A DNA stretch of 64,000 nucleotides. Origin: Persephonella sp. IF05-L8. GTDB lineage: Bacteria > Aquificota > Aquificia > Aquificales > Hydrogenothermaceae. Both the position numbers and the translations under genes were made by a program. Numbering within the stretch: position 1 is the first letter of the stretch; each line of letters begins with the position of its first letter. The notes under the pieces were generated by a model. It made no database searches. It saw only the letters and a program-made list of their open reading frames with translations, and was not told where the DNA came from. The stretch is from the NCBI RefSeq assembly GCF_000703045.1, contig NZ_JNLJ01000005.1, positions 37,023-101,022 on the forward strand, in the 5' to 3' direction. Shown here one piece after another: positions 39,804 to 51,566 of the stretch.

Positions 39804-40295
39804 ATGAAAAAAGTAGCTGTTTTTATGGGAAGTAAATCAGACCTGGAATTAATGCAAGGTTGCTTTGATATGCTGGGCAAATTTGGCATTGAGTATGATG
39901 TTTTTGTTTTATCAGCCCATAGAACACCTGAAGAGGTTGCTGAAGCTGTAAAAAATGCAGAGGAAAAATACGGAGTTATTATAGCTGCTGCCGGATACGC
40001 TGCGCACCTTGCAGGAACAATAGCAGGAAAAGTTACAATACCAGTTATAGGAATACCTGTTGACAACTCTTCATTTAAAGGTTTCGATTCTCTGCTATCT
40101 ACAGTGATGATGCCACCGGGGGTTCCTGTAGCAACAGTTACAGTAGGGAAAGCCGGTGCAACTAATGCAGCTGTTCTTGCAGCTCAAATTCTGGGAGTGG
40201 CTTATCCTGAAATACAGCAGAAGGTAAAAGAATACAAACAAGAAATGAGAGAAAAAGTCTTAAAAGCAAATGAAGAAGTCCAGAAACTTATTTAA
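39804..40295 (+). CDS. purE: 5-(carboxyamino)imidazole ribonucleotide mutase
   Basis: VAVFMGSKSDL ... LSAHRTPE ... AAGYAAHLAG PurE signatures; 163 aa. Confidence 0.9.
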   Translation: MKKVAVFMGSKSDLELMQGCFDMLGKFGIEYDVFVLSAHRTPEEVAEAVKNAEEKYGVIIAAAGYAAHLAGTIAGKVTIPVIGIPVDNSSFKGFDSLLSTVMMPPGVPVATVTVGKAGATNAAVLAAQILGVAYPEIQQKVKEYKQEMREKVLKANEEVQKLI

Positions 40296-40863
40296 GATAT
40301 TTTTTGTTTTTTTCTTCTTTATATTTGTTGGCTGTAAAGAGGGAGGGGCTTTAAGCTCAAAAGTAGAAGCACAGGTAGTAAAAGTTATTGATGGGGATAC
40401 AATAATAGTGAAAATACCTGAAACCACTTTTAATAAAAATCAGGCAACACTTAAGAACTTAAGATTTACAATTCGCCTTCTGGGAGTAGACACCCCAGAG
40501 AGTAAAGAAAATAGAAGGGCAAGACTACAGGCTAAAGAATTAAATACAACAGTAAGGGTTATTGTTTTTTTAGGTAAAAAAGCAAAAGAGTTCACAGAAA
40601 AGCAATTACTACTTGGAAAAAAGGGAAAAAGAAAAATCTATAAAAAAGTGTATCTGGAATTTGATAAACAGCCACAGGACAGATATGGAAGACTTCTTGC
40701 TTATGTATGGCTTCCTGATGGAAAAATGCTTAATAGAGAGCTTATCTGCAACGGATATGCACTTCCTCTTACTATAAAACCAAATACAAAATACAGTAGA
40801 GAATTTTTAGAGTGTTATAAAAAGGCAGTGGAAAACCATCTGGGTTTATGGCAAAGACCGTAA
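40270..40863 (+). CDS. thermonuclease (SNase-like) family lipoprotein
   Basis: Lipobox FVGC; VIDGDTIIVK and LLGVDTPES SNase motifs. Confidence 0.75.
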   Translation: MKKSRNLFKIFFVFFFFIFVGCKEGGALSSKVEAQVVKVIDGDTIIVKIPETTFNKNQATLKNLRFTIRLLGVDTPESKENRRARLQAKELNTTVRVIVFLGKKAKEFTEKQLLLGKKGKRKIYKKVYLEFDKQPQDRYGRLLAYVWLPDGKMLNRELICNGYALPLTIKPNTKYSREFLECYKKAVENHLGLWQRP

Positions 40864-40873
40864 AGGAGGCAAA

Positions 40874-41581
40874 ATGGACGAGCTTAAAGATACAAAAACC
40901 ATAAAAGATGCAGTCAAAACAATAATTTTTATAGTTCTGGTAGTTTCTTTTATAAGAGTATTTTTTGCACAGGCTTTTAATATACCCTCAGGCTCTATGA
41001 AACCAACTTTGCTGATAGGAGATTTTATCCTTGTTAATAAACTTGTTTATGGAGACTGGAGTATAGGCATACCATTTACAGGAATAGATTTTTATAGATA
41101 CAAAAATAGGCTGGCAAAACCAGACCGAGGAGACATAATAGTTTTCAAATATCCGGAAAATCCTAAAATTGATTTTATAAAGAGAATAATTGCCCTTCCT
41201 GGAGATACAGTAGAGGTAAAAAATGATATTGTTTATGTAAATGGAAAAGCCCTTTTAAGGAAACCTGACGGCTATTATACTGCTCCAAATGAAAAAGTGA
41301 AAAAGTATCTTGAATGCACAACCAGAAAATATACCGGAAAAGAATACTGCTATACCATAATGGAACTTTATGATGGAGAAGGAAAGGATTTTGGACCTGT
41401 AAAAGTTCCAGAAGGACACTACTTTGTTATGGGAGATAACAGAGATAACAGTCGTGATAGTAGGTTCTGGGGATTTGTTCCAGATGATTACCTGATAGGT
41501 CAAGCTTTTGTGATTTACTTTTCTATAGACTTGAAATCTCCGGCAATTAGATTTGATAGAATAGGAAAAGTTATCCAGTAA
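40874..41581 (+). CDS. lepB: signal peptidase I
   Basis: N-terminal TM; catalytic Ser box PSGSMKPTLLIGD; Lys box; GDNRDNSRDSRFWG. Confidence 0.9.
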   Translation: MDELKDTKTIKDAVKTIIFIVLVVSFIRVFFAQAFNIPSGSMKPTLLIGDFILVNKLVYGDWSIGIPFTGIDFYRYKNRLAKPDRGDIIVFKYPENPKIDFIKRIIALPGDTVEVKNDIVYVNGKALLRKPDGYYTAPNEKVKKYLECTTRKYTGKEYCYTIMELYDGEGKDFGPVKVPEGHYFVMGDNRDNSRDSRFWGFVPDDYLIGQAFVIYFSIDLKSPAIRFDRIGKVIQ

Positions 41582-41594
41582 GGAGGTTAATAGC

Positions 41595-42866
41595 TTGATA
41601 CTAATTAAAGGTGGAACAATAATAGACCCACAGAATAATCTTAGAGACCAGAAAGATATATTAATAGATAAAGGGAAAATCGTAAAAATAGAAGAAAATC
41701 TGCAACCACCTCCAGAATGTCAGGTTATAGACGCAACTGATAAGGTTATCTGTCCCGCATTTACAGATATTCATGTTCATTTTAGAGACCCGGGGCAAAC
41801 CTATAAGGAAGATATATACACAGGAAGTCTTGCAGCTGTTGCAGGAGGATATACAACTGTTGTCTGTATGCCTAATACATTTCCGGCAATAGATGAACCT
41901 TCAATTGTCAGATATGTGATAGAAAAGGGGGAAGAAATAGGTCTGTGTAGAGTTTTACCTGCAGCTGCAGTTACAAAAGGAAGAGAAGGAAAACAGCTTA
42001 CAGAAATGTCCCTGTTAAAAGATGCAGGAGCCGTCTATTTTACCGATGATGGTGCACCTGTATGGGATGCCCATGTAATGAGAAAAGCAATGGAATTTGC
42101 CGGTTCAATAGGTAGTTTTGTTGCAGACCACTGCGAAGATTTATCCCTCTCAAAAGATGGAGTTGCCCATGAGGGAGAAATCGCGGCAGCTTTAGGACTG
42201 CCACCACTACCACCAGAAGCAGAAGACACCATGATTGCCAGAGATTGTGTCTTGTCTATCCATACAGGAATGCCTGTTCATATATGCCATTTATCAACAA
42301 AGGTTGGAGTTGAGATAGTTACTTGGGCAAAAGCAATGGGTGCCAAAGTAACTGCAGAAGTAACACCCCATCATCTTTATTTAACAGATGAGGAATGGCT
42401 TGATTTTGACTGTAAAGCAAAAGTATCTCCCCCTCTTAGAGAACATGAAGATTTAGAAGCTGTTAGATGGGCTCTTGCTTCGGGTATTATTGATATAGTC
42501 GCTACAGACCACGCACCACATGCACATCAAGAAAAAATGCAGGAACATCATGCCTGTCCGCCGGGAATGATAGGTCTGCAGTTTGCACTGCCTATAGTTC
42601 TTGAACTGGTAAGGAAAGACTATTTTGATTTAACAAGGCTGGTTGAGGTTATGTCCATCAATCCAGCCAGGAAAATAGGTCTAAAACCACCATCTATAAA
42701 AGAGGGAGAAATTGCTGAGCTTACAATATTTGACCCAACAGAAAGCTGGGAAGTAAATGAAGAAGTTATTTATTCCAAGAGTAAAAACACTCCATTAATG
42801 GGAAGAAAATTAATTGGTAAAGTAAAATACACATTTTATAAAGGAGAAATCGTCTATAGGGATTAG
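41595..42866 (+). CDS. pyrC: dihydroorotase
   Basis: TTG start after AAGGAGG; DIHVHFRDPG metal-binding motif; 423 aa amidohydrolase. Confidence 0.85.
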   Translation: MILIKGGTIIDPQNNLRDQKDILIDKGKIVKIEENLQPPPECQVIDATDKVICPAFTDIHVHFRDPGQTYKEDIYTGSLAAVAGGYTTVVCMPNTFPAIDEPSIVRYVIEKGEEIGLCRVLPAAAVTKGREGKQLTEMSLLKDAGAVYFTDDGAPVWDAHVMRKAMEFAGSIGSFVADHCEDLSLSKDGVAHEGEIAAALGLPPLPPEAEDTMIARDCVLSIHTGMPVHICHLSTKVGVEIVTWAKAMGAKVTAEVTPHHLYLTDEEWLDFDCKAKVSPPLREHEDLEAVRWALASGIIDIVATDHAPHAHQEKMQEHHACPPGMIGLQFALPIVLELVRKDYFDLTRLVEVMSINPARKIGLKPPSIKEGEIAELTIFDPTESWEVNEEVIYSKSKNTPLMGRKLIGKVKYTFYKGEIVYRD

Positions 42867-42868
42867 TT

Positions 42869-43183
42869 ATGACGCTGGAAATTGATGTTTTAAACTCTTT
42901 AAAAGAGGTTTATGACCCGGAAATACCTTTAAATGTAGTAGATTTGGGACTTGTTAAGGGAATTCATATTAATGATAATAAACTTGAGGTTATTATGACC
43001 CTTACGACGCCTAAGTGTCCACTGGAAAAATATATAAAAAATACAATAATAAGGCATCTTAAGACAAACTTTCCCCAGTTTGAGGATATCTCTATACAGC
43101 TGGATTTCTCACAGCCATGGACTACGAAAGACATATCTCCAGAGGGCTTACAACTACTAAGAGAATTAGGCTGGAATGTTTAA
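42869..43183 (+). CDS. DUF59/MIP18-family Fe-S cluster assembly protein (SufT-like)
   Basis: 104 aa; VYDPEIPLNVVDLGLV signature of DUF59 proteins. Confidence 0.7.
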   Translation: MTLEIDVLNSLKEVYDPEIPLNVVDLGLVKGIHINDNKLEVIMTLTTPKCPLEKYIKNTIIRHLKTNFPQFEDISIQLDFSQPWTTKDISPEGLQLLRELGWNV

Positions 43184-43250
43184 TCGGTTTTTTTGCCAAA
43201 TTCTTCATATCTTTTAGAAAATCCAAAAATGGTAAAATATATCAAAATAT

Positions 43251-44363
43251 GTGGAGGTAATTCTAAAATTGGAATTACTAATAGATAAAACTGATTTTCA
43301 AAATGTTTTAAAGAAGGCTATATCTGCAACAGAAAAAAAATCAGCCCTTCCTATACTCTCTAATTTTCTTCTTGAAGCAAAAGACAGCAAACTTATAGTT
43401 CAGGGAACAGACCTTGAGGTTCATGTTTCTGTGTCAGTTTTTGCAAAGGTTGAACAGGAAGGAACTGCCTGTGTAAACGCAAAAAAACTGACAGATATAT
43501 CCCGTCTTTTACCGGGGAATGAGGTTTATATAAAACTTGAGGATAATACCCTTAAGATAAAAGCAGGAAAAACAAAATACAATCTGCCTACAGTATCCCC
43601 TGAAGATTTTCCTATGATGTATCCATTCCCTGAGGATAATGCATTTATAGTGTCCGGAGATGAGATACAGAAAGCTATTTCAAAAACTGCCTATGCCACA
43701 TCAAAAGAAGAAAGCAGATTTGCACTGCAAGGTGTTTTGTTCAAATCAATGGACGGAACAATTGATGTTGTTGCCACAGACGGACACAGACTTGCTTTAT
43801 ACACAATAAATAGAAATGGAAGTGGAGATATAAATATAATAGTGCCTCAAAAAGCCTTAAACGAACTGAAAAAACTGCTTACAGGTCTTGAAGATGTAGA
43901 AATGGCAGCTTCCGGACAGGAGGTATTCTTCAGAACACCAGAATGGATACTGATGTCAAGGCTCCTTGAAGGAGCATTTCCAGATTACACGAAGGTAATA
44001 CCTACAGAGTTTTCAATAGAGATAAATCTGGATAAAAAAGAGTTCCTTGATGCTGTAAAAAGGGTTTCTGCAATTATAGAAGGAGACCCTAAACCTATAA
44101 AACTAACCCTTAGAGAAAATCTACTTGAGCTTAAATCAACCTCTGCAGAATACGGTGAGGCTGTAGACGAGCTTAACATTGAATACTCAGGGGAGGAATT
44201 TTCTATAGGATTTAATGCAAGATACCTGATAGAAGCAATTGAGGCAATAGATGGGGACAGAATAATAATCAGATTTACAAATCCAAATGCCCAGACACTC
44301 ATACTTCCGGAAGATGAAAATGAAAAATATAAGGCTATTGTAATGCCTATGGAAATTGCATAA
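43251..44363 (+). CDS. dnaN: DNA polymerase III beta sliding clamp
   Basis: 370 aa; three-domain clamp; N-terminus LPILSNFLLEA...; directly upstream of gyrB. Confidence 0.9.
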   Translation: MEVILKLELLIDKTDFQNVLKKAISATEKKSALPILSNFLLEAKDSKLIVQGTDLEVHVSVSVFAKVEQEGTACVNAKKLTDISRLLPGNEVYIKLEDNTLKIKAGKTKYNLPTVSPEDFPMMYPFPEDNAFIVSGDEIQKAISKTAYATSKEESRFALQGVLFKSMDGTIDVVATDGHRLALYTINRNGSGDINIIVPQKALNELKKLLTGLEDVEMAASGQEVFFRTPEWILMSRLLEGAFPDYTKVIPTEFSIEINLDKKEFLDAVKRVSAIIEGDPKPIKLTLRENLLELKSTSAEYGEAVDELNIEYSGEEFSIGFNARYLIEAIEAIDGDRIIIRFTNPNAQTLILPEDENEKYKAIVMPMEIA

Positions 44364-44387
44364 ATTTCCAATCGTTACAACCATTAA

Positions 44388-46817
<2,430 letters not shown>

Positions 46818-46821
46818 ATAA

Positions 46822-46843
46822 AAGGGGCTTTTAGCCCCTTTCC
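46822..46843 (+). terminator. GC hairpin after gyrB (AAGGGGC-TTTTA-GCCCCTT), weak U-tract on plus strand
   Basis: 7-bp stem, 5-nt loop, 4 nt after the gyrB stop. The reverse strand has the better T-tract. Confidence 0.5.
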
Positions 46844-46856
46844 AAAAGGTAATGAA

Positions 46857-48677
46857 ATGGAAAATTTCATAAATCTAACACGCTCTTTAAGTCGGCTAAA
46901 GATAATTGATGAGCCTCTTGATGTTAATCTGGAAATTCCCCATCTGGCATATATAGAGATAAAAAAAGAAAAACCTGATGTTCTTTTATTTACAAATCCC
47001 ATAAATAGAGAAAAAAATATAAAATATCCTATTCCTGTTTTGATGAATGCTTTTGCAGGATTTGATATTACAGAAAAGATTTTTGGCAGGCATCCAGACG
47101 AAATAGCAGCAGAAATTGAGAAATTTCTCCATTTAAAACTACCGGAAAATCTAAAAGAAAAATTATCAGCTTTGGGACTTTTATTTAGGCTAAAAAGTGT
47201 TTTTCCCAAAAGAACGAACAAAAAAGGAAAATGTCAGGAAGTAGTAATAACAGGAAATCAGATTGATTTAGACCAGCTTCCTATACTGAAAACATGGGAA
47301 AAGGATGGAGGCAGATTTATAACCGCAGGACAGGTTTATACAAAAAGTTTAGACGGAAAATTAAATAATCTGGGTCTTTACCGTATTCAACAGATAAACA
47401 AAAATCAGCTTATAATGCACTGGCAGGTGCATAAAGATGCCAGCCATTTTTTTGACCAGTATTACAAAGCAAAGAAAAAAATGCCTGTTGCCATTGCAAT
47501 AGGTGGCGACCCTTTATATACATGGTGTGGTCAGGCACCGCTGCCTTATGGTCTGTTTGAACTGCTTTTATACGGCTTTATAAAAAATCAAAATCCCCGT
47601 TTAGTAAAATGTATAACCAATGATATTTATGTTCCTGAGGATGCAGATATAATCATAGAAGGGGAAGTTGACCCTACAGATTTTAGACCTGAGGGACCCT
47701 TTGGAGACCACACAGGATACTACACACCTGTTGAGAACTTTCCTGTCCTTACAGTAAAAGCAATCACAATGAAAAAAAATCCTGTATATTATGCAACTGT
47801 TGTAGGTAAACCCCCTGTGGAAGACAAATATATGGGCTGGGGAACTGAAAGGATATTTCTGCCACTACTCAAAACTACAACCCCAGACCTTATTGATTAC
47901 CACATGCCTGAAAATGGAGTTTTCCATAATCTGTTGATTGCAAAAATAAAGCCCCTTTATAAAGGCCATGCAAAACAAATAATGCATGCTTTCTGGGGTG
48001 TTGGGCAGATGAGTTTTCTAAAACATGCAATCTTTGTTAATGAGGATGCTCCCCCTTTAACAAATTACCCCGAGCTTACAAGATATATATTAAATAGACT
48101 TTCTGAAAAATCATTTCTAATTACAGAAGGTATTGTTGACCAGCTTGACCACTCCAGTTATGAAACTTTAGTCGGCGGAAAACTGGGAGTAGATGCCACT
48201 GGAAAATCTGTTGAAAAACAAGTAGAAGTTTTACCTGATAAAGAACTTTTTGAAAAAATAAAAAATTTAGATAGTGATATTGTTGAACTTAAACAATATA
48301 TGACAGACACAGCCAATCCAATAACTGTTATAAAAGTAAACAAAACAAAACCTGTTAAAGAAATATTCAATAAACTAAAGCAGTTTAATCAGTATATAAA
48401 AATTGTTGTATTTGTGGATAATGAACATAATGACCTTGAAAATCCTTATATGCTGGTCTGGAGGGTAACAAACAATATTGATGCTCTAAAGGATGTATGG
48501 ATTGAAGAAATATGGGGCTTAGATGCCACAAGAAAATGGGAGATAGATGGATACTACCGCCAATGGCCTGAAGATGTATTCTGCACACCAAAAGTTATAG
48601 AAAAACTAAAAGAAAAAAGTCTGATTGATGTTGGTGATGAATTTCTAAAAAAATACCAGATAATTCCATACCTGTAA
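46857..48677 (+). CDS. UbiD-family (prenylated-FMN dependent) decarboxylase with C-terminal extension
   Basis: 606 aa; UbiD core (…GGRFITAGQVYTK…, …GPFGDHTGYYT…) plus an extra C-terminal domain of about 120 aa. Confidence 0.75.
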   Translation: MENFINLTRSLSRLKIIDEPLDVNLEIPHLAYIEIKKEKPDVLLFTNPINREKNIKYPIPVLMNAFAGFDITEKIFGRHPDEIAAEIEKFLHLKLPENLKEKLSALGLLFRLKSVFPKRTNKKGKCQEVVITGNQIDLDQLPILKTWEKDGGRFITAGQVYTKSLDGKLNNLGLYRIQQINKNQLIMHWQVHKDASHFFDQYYKAKKKMPVAIAIGGDPLYTWCGQAPLPYGLFELLLYGFIKNQNPRLVKCITNDIYVPEDADIIIEGEVDPTDFRPEGPFGDHTGYYTPVENFPVLTVKAITMKKNPVYYATVVGKPPVEDKYMGWGTERIFLPLLKTTTPDLIDYHMPENGVFHNLLIAKIKPLYKGHAKQIMHAFWGVGQMSFLKHAIFVNEDAPPLTNYPELTRYILNRLSEKSFLITEGIVDQLDHSSYETLVGGKLGVDATGKSVEKQVEVLPDKELFEKIKNLDSDIVELKQYMTDTANPITVIKVNKTKPVKEIFNKLKQFNQYIKIVVFVDNEHNDLENPYMLVWRVTNNIDALKDVWIEEIWGLDATRKWEIDGYYRQWPEDVFCTPKVIEKLKEKSLIDVGDEFLKKYQIIPYL

Positions 48678-49104
48678 AACTGTTTATTTATTCCGGCGTA
48701 AATCTCTCTTAATATAGCTACTATTCAGATTTATAAAGTTTGATAATCTATCCCCTTTACTTGAAACATCTTTAACAAAACTAAGAAGAACTTTTAAAAT
48801 TTTGGATATTTTTTCAGGTTCTAAGTTTAGTTCTTTATGTAAATTTGAAATATCTTCCTTTTTAGCTTCTAATCTGTCTTTTTCAAGACCGTCTTTGTAT
48901 AATGGGTGTTTTTATATACTTTCTTTATCTATAGTTAATGGTATCTTATTCTCCTCCTTTCGTAGCTCCACCATTAATTTAGGTCTGTATGATAATAGTT
49001 ATATCTAATTTAGCCATCCTCTCCTCTCTTTTCCCCTAAAAATTTATTTGAAATGGTTTTGTATAGATTATAAGATATTTTTGATTTCCCTCAGGAGAGG
49101 TTAA

Positions 49105-51051
49105 ATGAAAGAGATTAAGCTTACAATAGATGGACAGGAGATAACCGTCCCAGAAGGCACAACAGTCTTAGAAGCAATAAAAAAATTAAATAAAGTAGTT
49201 CCTACCTTCTGTTATCATCCTAAATTACCCATATTTGGCGGCTGCCGTATGTGTCTTGTTTATGAAAAAAGATGGAGAACAAATATAATTGCCTGTGCAA
49301 CTCCAGCACAGGAAGGAATGGAAATAGAAACAGAAAATAAACAGACCTTTGAAGAAAGAAAATTTATCCTTGAGATGCTTTTTACCCGTCATCCATTAGA
49401 CTGTCCTATCTGTGATAAAGCAGGTGAGTGTGATTTACAAAACTGGGGAACTTACTATGGGCCCCAGATAAATCCTTCTACTATAACACCTTTTGAAAAA
49501 ATTAGACCTGAAGAAGACTGGCAGAGTGATTATTTTGAGTTTGTATCAAATAGATGTGTTTTATGCCTTAGATGTATAAGCGTTTGTAAAAATGTGGTTG
49601 GAGCCGATGCTCTGTTTCAGGAAGAAAGGGGATTTGAGATATTAATATCCCCTGATAAAAAGCCTATGGACAGTGAAAGCTCCTGTGAAGCCTGTGGATT
49701 ATGTGTTGATGTTTGTCCTGTCGGGGCAATCTTATTTAAACCGTTTAAGTTTAATGCAAGGGCATGGCTTCTTGACGAAACTGTTACTTACTGCGGAATG
49801 TGTTCAATGCAGTGTCCTGTAGCAATAGACCACGACCAACAGAAAATATACAGAATTCGCTCAACAGCAGACCTTGAAATATGTGCAGGTGCATATCTGG
49901 GGTATGATATACATTCCTCCAACAGACTAAAAGGTGCTTTGATAAACGGCCAGACTACCGATATAAACAAAGCCATGGAAAAAGTGGCACATATAATAAA
50001 TGAAGCACCCCAAGAAACTGCTGTAGTAGTTTCACCTTATATAGAAAATGAAGCACTGGATAAGCTCAAAAAGCTGCAGGAAAAAACAGGAATATATGTA
50101 AGTTCAACAGCTTCAATCACGCTTTTACCGGTAATAAAAGGCTTCATAGAAGAAAATGGCAGTTATACACTTCCGGATAAAAATGATATTTTAGAGGCAG
50201 AAAGAATAATTGTTGCTGGAAATGATGTTGCAGATACAAATCCTGTAATCAGTTATTTCTTCCACAAAAACTATCTTGAAGGATTTGAGATAGGGAAAGA
50301 TAAAGAAATAATCTTCATCGGAGAAAAAGCTGGACATATAAAGAAATACAATCCTAAACATATTCAGACAGATGATTTATCCCAGATAAAAAATATAAAT
50401 TTAGATGAAAATACTGTTGTTGTTTATTCTACTACAGCATTAAAAGGTAAAACTGCCTATGAATTTGGAAAACTTCTTGGACATCTCTATAAAGAAACAA
50501 AGGCTAAAGTCCTAATACTTCCTCAAGAAACAAACGCTTATGGAGTGATTAACAAACTTGACCTTGATTATCTACCTGATATTCTCCAAAAAATTAAAAA
50601 AGGAAAAATCAAAAATCTAATTTTGTATGGAGAGGATATAGTAGACCATATATCAGATGAAGAACTGCAAGAAATTTATGCACAATTGGAAAACAGCGTT
50701 GTAATAACACCTTTCTTAGATGGACTGGCTTTATCCTCAAATATAGCAATTGGCTCAGCTCTCTGGATGGAAAAAGGCCAAACAACAGAAGGCTTTGGAG
50801 GCATAAGAAAAGGCAGAAAAGCATTTGAAAATATATTCACAGAAGAATATATTACAGATAAGATTTTGCAAATGGTAAAGACAATATCAGTATCTATAAG
50901 GGAAAAAAGGCAAGAAATTGAGTTTTACGACTATGAAGGATTTGATTATCCTCAGATAAATCTCTGGGATTTTGGGTATTTAGGTAGAAGGTCTAAAAAT
51001 CTGGCAGATATGAGGGTAAAACGCTCTCAATTAATTTATAAGGAGGAGTAA
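49105..51051 (+). CDS. nuoG: NADH-quinone oxidoreductase subunit G-like Fe-S protein (NuoG N-terminal-type, standalone)
   Basis: 2Fe-2S CYHPKLPIFGGCRMC; HPLDCPICDKAGECDLQ; further CxxCxxC 4Fe-4S motifs; 648 aa. Confidence 0.7.
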   Translation: MKEIKLTIDGQEITVPEGTTVLEAIKKLNKVVPTFCYHPKLPIFGGCRMCLVYEKRWRTNIIACATPAQEGMEIETENKQTFEERKFILEMLFTRHPLDCPICDKAGECDLQNWGTYYGPQINPSTITPFEKIRPEEDWQSDYFEFVSNRCVLCLRCISVCKNVVGADALFQEERGFEILISPDKKPMDSESSCEACGLCVDVCPVGAILFKPFKFNARAWLLDETVTYCGMCSMQCPVAIDHDQQKIYRIRSTADLEICAGAYLGYDIHSSNRLKGALINGQTTDINKAMEKVAHIINEAPQETAVVVSPYIENEALDKLKKLQEKTGIYVSSTASITLLPVIKGFIEENGSYTLPDKNDILEAERIIVAGNDVADTNPVISYFFHKNYLEGFEIGKDKEIIFIGEKAGHIKKYNPKHIQTDDLSQIKNINLDENTVVVYSTTALKGKTAYEFGKLLGHLYKETKAKVLILPQETNAYGVINKLDLDYLPDILQKIKKGKIKNLILYGEDIVDHISDEELQEIYAQLENSVVITPFLDGLALSSNIAIGSALWMEKGQTTEGFGGIRKGRKAFENIFTEEYITDKILQMVKTISVSIREKRQEIEFYDYEGFDYPQINLWDFGYLGRRSKNLADMRVKRSQLIYKEE

Positions 51052-51053
51052 AA

Positions 51054-51557
51054 ATGGAAGATAAAAATATTGAAAATACCCTTAAAAAGATGGCTATTGT
51101 TTTAGATAAAGTTGTTAAAAAAGTGGACGAGCTTGATAAAAGGATTACAAAACTTGAGATGAAACTTCTTGCAGAAGAGGGAAAAAAAGAGGCCACAACC
51201 CAGCCACAACAACCACAACCGGAAAGCAGAAGTACAGCTGGTATAGGGAACTTTGGAACGGGATTTTTAAGCTCACTTTTTGGAACATTCGCAGGAATGA
51301 GCCTTTTTAATCTGCTTTTTAATAATAATATCTCTGCAGATGAAGTTGCACAGCAGTCAGGACTTTCTGAGGATGAACTGTCAGAGATAGACCACAAACT
51401 TGATGAACTATCACAGGAAATCTCACAGATAGATGAAAAACTTGATGAGATAGACCAGAGTATAGATGAGATAACAGATAACGGTATTGAGCCTGATATC
51501 ACCGATTTTGGCTTTGATGATTTTGATACAGGATTTGATGATATAGATATGGTATAG
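51054..51557 (+). CDS. hypothetical coiled-coil protein with Gly-rich hydrophobic segment and acidic repeat C-terminus
   Basis: Start 3 nt after nuoG stop; segment AGIGNFGTGFLSSLFGTFAGMSLF; repeats SEIDHKLDELSQEISQIDEKLDEIDQSIDEI; ends DFGFDDFDTGFDDIDMV. Confidence 0.5.
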   Translation: MEDKNIENTLKKMAIVLDKVVKKVDELDKRITKLEMKLLAEEGKKEATTQPQQPQPESRSTAGIGNFGTGFLSSLFGTFAGMSLFNLLFNNNISADEVAQQSGLSEDELSEIDHKLDELSQEISQIDEKLDEIDQSIDEITDNGIEPDITDFGFDDFDTGFDDIDMV

Positions 51558-51566
51558 GGGTAGAAG

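Noticed and set aside
43184-43250. Possible oriC or DnaA boxes upstream of dnaN
   Set aside because: There is only one weak TGTGGAGGT (6/9 match to a DnaA box). No cluster of boxes, AT-rich DUE or dnaA gene is present.
48802-49008. 68-aa plus-strand ORF in the long intergenic region
   Set aside because: It is an S/F/L-rich low-complexity translation. The opposite strand gives the more protein-like (though interrupted) reading, so this is probably noise.
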